NCBI GenBank assembly: GCA_004524535.1
Contig: SDNY01000049.1
Coordinates: 1 to 25,131 of the forward strand
Origin: Promethearchaeota archaeon
Lineage (GTDB): Archaea; Asgardarchaeota; Lokiarchaeia; Sigyniarchaeales; SOKP01
Length of the DNA stretch: 25,131 bases
Direction of reading: 5' to 3'
Positions 19,054 to 25,131 of the stretch are shown piece by piece. The notes under the pieces were generated by a model. It was not told the origin of the DNA, did not search any database, and saw only the letters and a list, made by a program, of their open reading frames with translations. The first letter of the stretch is position 1, and every line of letters begins with the position of its first letter. The translations under genes were made by a program, and so were the position numbers.

Positions 19054-19689
19054 ATGGATTTTGAAAGAATTACCGAACTCATAATTGAGCTCGAGATCGA
19101 TGATATTTCAGATGCTGTAAAAGAAGCTCTCGAAACGGATGGGAAGGATCCTTATGATGTTTTAAACGCATTAACAAAAGGTATGGATGAGGTTGGGCGT
19201 AGATACGAATCAGAAGAATATTATTTAACCGAATTAGTCTTAGCGGGAGAAACCATGAAAGAAGCATTTAAAATTATAAAACCTGCTATGGCAGCTTCTG
19301 ATAAATCGAAAGAAAAAGCGAAAGTAATTATTGCCACGGTTAGAGGGGATAATCATGATATTGGAAAAAATCTCCTTGGAACTTTGCTATTGAGTTCTGG
19401 ATTTGAAGTAATTGATTTAGGTATGGATATTGAAGCTGATATAATTGTGGAAAAAGTAAAAGAAACTGGAGCTAAAATAGTGGGTTTAAGTTCTCTCTTA
19501 ACAATGACTGTAAATCAGATTACAGCTGTACATAAAGCGCTAGAAGCTGCGGGACTTAGGGATAAAGTTAAACTAATCGTTGGTGGTGCACCTTTAAATA
19601 TGGAACTGGCAAAGAATTTAGGTGCTGATGATTTTGCTGATGATGCTGTTGAAGGTGTCAGGCATATTCAAGAATTGGCAGAATCGTGA
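19054..19689 (+). CDS. methyltransferase cognate corrinoid (B12-binding) protein, copy 2
   Basis: Same 211-aa length and motifs as copy 1 (GDNHDIGKN), collinear with no gaps. Confidence 0.93.
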   Translation: MDFERITELIIELEIDDISDAVKEALETDGKDPYDVLNALTKGMDEVGRRYESEEYYLTELVLAGETMKEAFKIIKPAMAASDKSKEKAKVIIATVRGDNHDIGKNLLGTLLLSSGFEVIDLGMDIEADIIVEKVKETGAKIVGLSSLLTMTVNQITAVHKALEAAGLRDKVKLIVGGAPLNMELAKNLGADDFADDAVEGVRHIQELAES

Positions 19690-19762
19690 ATTTTTTTTTA
19701 AAATTTTAAAAAACCTTTCCAAAATTAAAGTAATTTTTTTTAACAAATGGCTTTGGGTATAA

Positions 19763-20938
19763 ATGAGTTGTAGAGAAAGAGTATTAGAAGCATTGAATCT
19801 AGAAGAACCCGATAGAGTTCCTTGTCATTTAATTTTAATTGATGCGAATAATGTCGATAAAATTCTTGAGAAACCTCCAATGAGCGATTTTGATTTATTA
19901 GAACAGTATAAACGTGAAAATCCCGATAATTGGCCTGAAGAAATTAATAATTTGATAGAATCGGTCGAAACTTCAATTTTTTCTCGATGCGTTGAAGCAG
20001 CTGTTGAAATAGGATTGGATTGTATGCAAGTTGGAATTGTTCCCGTAGAATTTATTGATGATCAAAGTGAAGGAAAAAATCTCATGAAGGATATGTTTGG
20101 GCGAATTTGGGAGGCTCGTAACAATGAAGGTAATTTCAATCCCTACTATTTATATGGCACCACGAATTCTATTGAAAAATGGGAAATTGTAAAAGATAAT
20201 CTTGAGGGCCCTGTGACTAAGAAATATACAAACATGGCTAAGAAATTTTATCGTCGCATAAATAAGAGACATAAGGATAAAATATTCGTTGCGGTCACAA
20301 ATGATTTAGCTGGTGTATTCGAAAGTGCATCGCAAGGAATGGGAATAACATACTATTCAAGAATGCTCCATAAAGATCCAAATTTTATAAAGGAAGTACA
20401 TGAGGTAATAGCACGATTTACCGTTGATTGCTATATGAGCTATATGGATGCTGGAGCAGAGCTATTTATTGAATCAGGAGACCTTGCCTATAAAACAGGT
20501 CCGATGATGAGTCCTAAGAAATTTACTGAAGTACTATTACCGGCCTATAGAATCATAACGGAAGCTGTACATGAAAGAGGTGGAAAAATAGTTCTTCACA
20601 CAGATGGGCAGGTAACACCTCTTTTGGATTTCGTAGTTAATTGTGGCTTTGACGGATTGCAAAGCCTTGAACCTACTGCTGGAGTCGACTTAGCTTTAGT
20701 AAAGAAAAAGGTGGGTGATAAAATATGCCTAATGGGCAATATAGATGTTGCAAATACGCTCGTGTATGGCACTAAGGAAGATGTGTATAATGAGGTAAAA
20801 TACGCTATTAAAACGGCTGGACCGGGGGGCGGTTTTATAGTATCCGCCGCTAACATGCATCCGGGTGTAAATGTTCCGAATTTAAGATGGATGGTCGAAG
20901 CAACCAAAAAGTATGGTGAATATCCACTTAAAATCTAA
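19763..20938 (+). CDS. uroporphyrinogen decarboxylase-family protein (MtaA/CmuA-like superfamily)
   Basis: RERVLEALNLEEPDRVP, DLAYKTGPMMSP, HTDG, LMGNID, GPGGGFI and YGEYP. Confidence 0.9.
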   Translation: MSCRERVLEALNLEEPDRVPCHLILIDANNVDKILEKPPMSDFDLLEQYKRENPDNWPEEINNLIESVETSIFSRCVEAAVEIGLDCMQVGIVPVEFIDDQSEGKNLMKDMFGRIWEARNNEGNFNPYYLYGTTNSIEKWEIVKDNLEGPVTKKYTNMAKKFYRRINKRHKDKIFVAVTNDLAGVFESASQGMGITYYSRMLHKDPNFIKEVHEVIARFTVDCYMSYMDAGAELFIESGDLAYKTGPMMSPKKFTEVLLPAYRIITEAVHERGGKIVLHTDGQVTPLLDFVVNCGFDGLQSLEPTAGVDLALVKKKVGDKICLMGNIDVANTLVYGTKEDVYNEVKYAIKTAGPGGGFIVSAANMHPGVNVPNLRWMVEATKKYGEYPLKI

Positions 20939-20958
20939 TTTTAGTAAAAGGGATTACT

Positions 20959-21405
20959 TTATCTATTTTTCGGTTCCATTTTTAAAATATATTCACAAAT
21001 TTTTGTATTTTTTGAAACAATACAACTCTGAATATCAGCTTCGAATTTCATATTAGGTTCAAGCTCATGTAAGAAACCTAAAGTATATGGAATACAAATA
21101 TTATTATTTACAAATTCAGCTCTCTTTACATTGAAATCTCCTCCAATAGGACAGAATTTTTTTCGATGCTTTACGGTTACTTCTAATGTATTATCATTTA
21201 ATTTTCTAATATTAGGTTTAGCCCCCAATATTGTATAAATTTTTTTTAAATTTTTTTCTAATTTAGCATCGGGGTTTCTTTGTTTATATAGCCTTCCCAA
21301 TTTTGTACCAAGTTTAGTCGACACTGTCTTTGGTAAGTTTTCTCCGCCAATATCCGCCATTTCGTAAACATAGCTCTGGAAGAACTTTAATGAATTTTTA
21401 CTCAT
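20959..21405 (-). CDS. V4R / methanogen-output-domain-like small ligand- or metal-binding protein
   Basis: FCPIGG...ICIPYTLGFL...SCIVSKNTKICEY Cys pattern and an N-terminal LGTKLG helix. Confidence 0.6.
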   Translation of the reverse strand: MSKNSLKFFQSYVYEMADIGGENLPKTVSTKLGTKLGRLYKQRNPDAKLEKNLKKIYTILGAKPNIRKLNDNTLEVTVKHRKKFCPIGGDFNVKRAEFVNNNICIPYTLGFLHELEPNMKFEADIQSCIVSKNTKICEYILKMEPKNR

Positions 21406-21590
21406 ACTATAGCATTATCTCCTAATTTTAGAATAATTTTCAAGCTATTAACAAAACTTGCATTCAAAAGTATTAAATGTTTATTCTTTTTAAGTAGTTT
21501 TGTATTAATATGTTTACAAGATTGTCGTTTTTCTTTAAAAATTTTTAAATAAATTAAAAATTGAAGATAATATCTATAATAACTCTAACT

Positions 21591-22181
21591 TTATAGAGTA
21601 AATCTTAAGATAAGATCTTTATCTTCCTCTGCGTAGTCAATTCCTATTCTCTTACCTTTTTTAATATCGTGTTCATTAATCTCTTCGCCATATGAGAAAA
21701 ATAATTTTGAATTTGGAGAACATGAATCTTTCCCATTAAACTCTTCCTTGGTAATATTAAGAGCCATACATAATTTACTAGGTCCGTCAATGAGATTTTT
21801 GAAATTTTTACCAATTTTAACGTTGCGATGTTTTTTCATCAAATCAATTCCATCGATTGGGTAAAGCTCTCGAATAAATACTCCACAAGGCATTCCTTTA
21901 GGTTCAGTTATAACATTTAAGCAGAAATACATCCCATAAATATAGTAAACATATAGAGTACCTGGTTTTTCGTACATTATTTTTGTTTTTTCAGTTTTTT
22001 TGTAATTATAACAATGACTAGCTTTATCGTTTGGACCTAAATAGGCTTCAACTTCCGTAATTTTACCTACTATAGCTCCTTTATCTGTCTTTCTTACCAA
22101 ATATTTCCCTAAAAGATCCTTAGCTACCTCTTGTGTGTCTCTTGAAAAAAATTCTCTTTTTAATCGAATAAAGGATTCCAA
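21591..22181 (-). CDS. mpg: DNA-3-methyladenine glycosylase (MPG/AAG family)
   Basis: VAKDLLGK, ITEVEAYLG..DKASH, YVYYIYGMYFCLNV, GPSKLC.AL and RIGI. Confidence 0.95.
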   Translation of the reverse strand: MESFIRLKREFFSRDTQEVAKDLLGKYLVRKTDKGAIVGKITEVEAYLGPNDKASHCYNYKKTEKTKIMYEKPGTLYVYYIYGMYFCLNVITEPKGMPCGVFIRELYPIDGIDLMKKHRNVKIGKNFKNLIDGPSKLCMALNITKEEFNGKDSCSPNSKLFFSYGEEINEHDIKKGKRIGIDYAEEDKDLILRFTL

Positions 22182-22198
22182 GTTAGTTTACCAATTAA

Positions 22199-22939
22199 TT
22201 ATTCCTTATCAAATATCTGAATCATATTCTTATCTATTATCCATTTGTCAACTAAGAGCTTCTGGAAAATTTCTTTATCGTTTGCATCGTAATTATTATG
22301 AATAGTACTCTTCGGGACCCAAAACTCGTTTCCCGTGTCAAGAGCGATTAACAGCGCTTTCTCACTATCCACTTTAATCCTTGCGTTAATTTCCATCCTA
22401 TCTTTTGATGCATCATATTCTGTTGTCTCTATAACGTGGAGACCATCTTTCGCTTTTATATGCTCTGAAAATACGCTATATTCACTTTCAACTATTTTTT
22501 CTCTTCTTTCTTTTGTTTCGAAAGTTCCAGATGTTGCAAATTCTATTTTTTCGTCTAAAATATGTTCGAGTAATTTAACTAAGAATCTAGTATTTGGAAA
22601 TTTTAACTTCTTTTTATAATTACCAATCTTAAATTTCAGGACTTCCCGAGCTTCGCTCTCCCACCCAACAAAAATCTCTGTTTTTTCTTCTTTAAAAACA
22701 TGATAGCCTCTCCAATTTTGACTTCTCCTATTTAAAACTTCTAAAATACAAATAATTTCCTCTATTGAAAGCCTAACTGTTTTTCCCTCATTTTTAGAAG
22801 GTTTTTCCCAAGTTCCATCTTCTTTTCTATTAATGCATGTTAGAAAGATATAAGGCACTAACTTTGCGGGAGATTTTACAATAATACCACTTTTTTGTCC
22901 GAAGAAACTTTTAGTATGAATATCAGCCATTATAATCAA
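22199..22939 (-). CDS. hypothetical two-domain protein (possible PC4/Whirly-like N-domain and small beta C-domain)
   Basis: RKEDGTWEKPSKNEGKTVRLSIEEI, and C-terminal SEKALLI...EFWVPKSTI...VDKWI. The fold assignments are inference. Confidence 0.5.
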   Translation of the reverse strand: MIIMADIHTKSFFGQKSGIIVKSPAKLVPYIFLTCINRKEDGTWEKPSKNEGKTVRLSIEEIICILEVLNRRSQNWRGYHVFKEEKTEIFVGWESEAREVLKFKIGNYKKKLKFPNTRFLVKLLEHILDEKIEFATSGTFETKERREKIVESEYSVFSEHIKAKDGLHVIETTEYDASKDRMEINARIKVDSEKALLIALDTGNEFWVPKSTIHNNYDANDKEIFQKLLVDKWIIDKNMIQIFDKE

Positions 22940-23056
22940 TAGTTATGATTTAAAATGAAGAATCGTGTTATTTCACTAATAAACATATATTTGGCTAATG
23001 ATTTAAACTCATTTAAAATAATTTTAAAGTTATTAAATCAATAAAAATCAGTAGCT

Positions 23057-24526
23057 TTAGTTATTTTGCCTTTTCCTCCCATATTCATAAAGAGCCCGAA
23101 ATGATTTTGCCGCTCTGCGAAAACTAGGATATACTATAAAACCATTCTTTGTAAGTTTGTTATAATATTTTTTTCTCCTTCGCCCGGGATATTCTGGCAG
23201 AATTAAAATAAAAACTTTATTTAAGGATTCTGTAAGTTCTTTTATTTCCAATAAATTATTGTAATATCTTTTAAAATACCCTTCCTCTTCCAAGTCTTCC
23301 CACGCATCTGTTAATAACAATAAAAGATGAATATTTTCTTTAACCGCCACCTTTGAAATCTCTAAATAAGTTTGACTCGAAGATATCCATGGTAAATCTA
23401 AAGGATTGGAAAGGCTACCAATTTTTACCGGATATATTTTTCGTAATTTTTCTAATATCTCACCTTCGAAATATGGTACATTTAATCCTAATTCTGTTAA
23501 CGTATTTGTAGCAGTAATTCCAAAACCTCCTGACCAAAGAATCACCAGAACATTTTTCCCATCTGGATACTTAATTTCTTTTTTTGTACTTTTATTTCTA
23601 TTTATATAGTTATAAAAAAGATATGCATAATCTATCATATCATCAAGCGAAGTAGGAACTTCAATTATGGGTGTTTGTTCGTAAATGGCTTTCCAAATCT
23701 TTTGATTTGTACTAATTGAACCTGTGTGGGTTCTTGCTGCTACCTGTGCTCTTTCGGTCTTCCCTCCATTCATAAACAAAACTGGTTTTCTCATCCCTCT
23801 TAATGTATTTAATAGTTTTTTTCCCTCATTTTTATGGAGGGCGTTAATTCCTTCGAAATAAACTAAAACCAAATCAGTATCCTCATCTTGATTATAGTAT
23901 TCCAAAAAATCTGAAACTTGAAGGTCTACACAATTTCCGACACTAACTCCTTTTGAGAATCTTAAATCATGACGTATTGAACCAAGCCTAATCGTTTGGG
24001 AATGTAAATCCCCTGATTGGAAAACTAATGAGATGTTCCCGGGCTTTACGGGAAATAATGGTTCATAAGCTAAGTGTCCCTTAGTTGAATAGACTCCCAT
24101 ACAGTTTGGCCCTATTGCTCGAGTTTTATTCTCGTTTAATATTTTAAAGACTTCTTTCTCAATTTCAACGCCATCTTTATCAGATTCGCCCATTCCGGCT
24201 GTGAAGATGTGAATTGTCTTAATTACTTTTTGATGTAGCAGTTGTTTTAAACTATCCACTATCCTATGCCTTCCCACGGAAAGGATTAGAAGATCAATCG
24301 TGTCTTCCGGGACATCCTCCAAAGATTTATAACATTTTAAACCAAATAATTCATCTTTTGATTGGCTAATTAAATATAATTTGTTTTTATCATAATTTAG
24401 TTGAGTAAATCCCATCATAAAATACCACAATTTTTCGGATGCTTCAAAAATTGCAACATTTCGAGGCTTAAATAAGGCGTCTAATGAATCAGTAAGGTCT
24501 TCTAAAGTCATATATAACCCTCTCAA
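23057..24526 (-). CDS. ADP-forming acyl-CoA synthetase alpha-subunit-like (CoA-binding) protein
   Basis: LFKPRNVAI, IGPNCMG, QSG, VSVGNCVD, YFEG, phospho-His motif THTGS, SGG and NPLDL. The likely start is the ATG at 24511. Confidence 0.88.
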   Translation of the reverse strand: MRGLYMTLEDLTDSLDALFKPRNVAIFEASEKLWYFMMGFTQLNYDKNKLYLISQSKDELFGLKCYKSLEDVPEDTIDLLILSVGRHRIVDSLKQLLHQKVIKTIHIFTAGMGESDKDGVEIEKEVFKILNENKTRAIGPNCMGVYSTKGHLAYEPLFPVKPGNISLVFQSGDLHSQTIRLGSIRHDLRFSKGVSVGNCVDLQVSDFLEYYNQDEDTDLVLVYFEGINALHKNEGKKLLNTLRGMRKPVLFMNGGKTERAQVAARTHTGSISTNQKIWKAIYEQTPIIEVPTSLDDMIDYAYLFYNYINRNKSTKKEIKYPDGKNVLVILWSGGFGITATNTLTELGLNVPYFEGEILEKLRKIYPVKIGSLSNPLDLPWISSSQTYLEISKVAVKENIHLLLLLTDAWEDLEEEGYFKRYYNNLLEIKELTESLNKVFILILPEYPGRRRKKYYNKLTKNGFIVYPSFRRAAKSFRALYEYGRKRQNN

Positions 24527-24547
24527 AAAAATTAAAGAATAAGAGTA

Positions 24548-24883
24548 CTACATTAATTCAATTTCCACTAATACAGATTCCGGAATTTGAATTTTCATAA
24601 TAAGATGCATACTTTTTTCATCTGTGATAATCTCAAAAAGGCGTTTATGAATGCGCATCTCATATTTAACCTAAATCGCCTAAATGGCAATTTAATTTGC
24701 CCAGGTAGCTGTTCCTTGCCCAGATGGCGCTTTCAAAACGGGAACTCTGAGTCGCTTCGTCGGTAATGGTATTGGACCATATTTCTTAATACCAGTTTTT
24801 TTACAAACATTTTCGAGCTGTTCGCAAACGGACTTTAGAGCTTCCAATCTAGTCGATGATAATCGTATTCGTGCTTTCTGTAT
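24548..24883 (-). CDS. rpsJ: 30S ribosomal protein S10 (uS10), split by a 30-nt insertion; exons 24883-24696 and 24665-24548
   Basis: Manual translation: (M)QKARIRLSSTRLEALKSVCEQLENVCKKTGIKKYGPIPLPTKRLRVPVLKAPSGQGTATWA / KYEMRIHKRLFEIITDEKSMHLIMKIQIPESVLVEIELM*. It carries the archaeal uS10 motifs GPIPLPT and EMRIHKRL and is 101 aa after removing 30 nt. Absent from the ORF track. Confidence 0.93.
24666..24695 (-). other. candidate bulge-helix-bulge mRNA intron in rpsJ (30 nt)
   Basis: Insert UUAAAUUGCCAUUUAGGCGAUUUAGGUUAA contains in-frame UAA, UAG and UAG, and a 9-bp hairpin UAAAUUGCC/GGCGAUUUA. BHB spacing predicts exactly this 30-nt excision. Confidence 0.75.
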
Positions 24884-24890
24884 TTTTTAA

Positions 24891-24895
24891 TCACC
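24891..24895 (-). promoter_or_regulatory. Shine-Dalgarno GGTGA of rpsJ
   Basis: GGTGA-TTAAAAA-ATA-CAG: archaeal SD consensus 7 nt before the codon that aligns with the uS10 initiator Met. Confidence 0.65.
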
Positions 24896-24981
24896 ATTTA
24901 AAATTTTCTTAATTAATTAATGCTATTAACTAAATTAAATAAATTTTTGTATCTAATCATCAAAAAGGTATTTGAATAAAA

Positions 24982-25131
24982 TTAAGAAAATCCTAAAAGG
25001 AATTTATTGCCAAGATTTACATGGTCTAAATATTTCTGAGCAACCTCTAAACATTTCATCGCTTGTTTTCTTGGAGTGACCGGTAAATCTCTCATTTGAT
25101 AATCCCCATGAAATATCAATAGACTGTAGGG
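24982..25131 (-). CDS. C-terminal end of a probable radical SAM (PFL-activating-enzyme-like) protein, truncated by the window edge
   Basis: Manual translation PYSLLIFHGDYQMRDLPVTPRKQAMKCLEVAQKYLDHVNLGNKFLLGFS* resembles the C-terminus of archaeal PflA-like radical SAM proteins. Confidence 0.65.
   Translation of the reverse strand, partial: PYSLLIFHGDYQMRDLPVTPRKQAMKCLEVAQKYLDHVNLGNKFLLGFS

Noticed and set aside
1392-23609. Short ORF-track entries overlapping longer genes (1392-1643, 5722-5961, 11302-11586, 12827-13039, 13774-13959, 14392-14649, 15004-15228, 16519-16713, 18018-18230, 18708-18926, 19079-19267, 20596-20907, 22335-22619, 23406-23609)
   Set aside because: Antisense or alternate-frame shadows of well-supported genes, with no recognisable motifs.
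24672-24694. Stop-codon readthrough or recoding (Pyl/Sec) across the rpsJ insert
   Set aside because: It would need readthrough of UAA plus two UAG codons and would add 10 residues inside a conserved motif.
24664-24698. rpsJ insert as a mini mobile element with a target-site duplication (AAAT or TTAAAT at both borders)
   Set aside because: Collapsing the AAAT repeat removes 31 nt (frameshift), and collapsing TTAAAT removes 26 nt and leaves a stop. Only a 30-nt removal restores the expected W-x-K-Y-E spacing.

Overview
AT-rich archaeal chromosomal segment. Archaeal-type uS10, an archaeal SRP RNA, duplicated corrinoid/URO-D-family genes and a 7TM + Cys8 zinc-finger protein suggest an Asgard (Lokiarchaeia-like) origin; this is inference, not a database result. 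Most genes are housekeeping or metabolic: glucan phosphorylase, Dus, MtnA, DUF1848, CDF transporter, Ldh_2 dehydrogenase, NMO/FabK-like flavoprotein, corrinoid proteins, MPG glycosylase and an ADP-forming acyl-CoA synthetase alpha subunit. The main finding is a ribosomal protein S10 gene missing from the ORF track (24548-24883, minus). It is otherwise intact but carries a 30-nt insertion with in-frame stop codons, and the insertion folds with bulge-helix-bulge (BHB) spacing. Cutting at the canonical BHB positions removes exactly 30 nt and restores a 101-aa uS10, so this is a candidate tRNA-endonuclease-spliced mRNA intron. The same gene appears to start at AUA behind a GGTGA Shine-Dalgarno. 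Also found: an unannotated SRP RNA with a possible extra helix in its Alu domain, and two gene-fragment junctions (DUF1848/HTH and a URO-D N-terminal relic).
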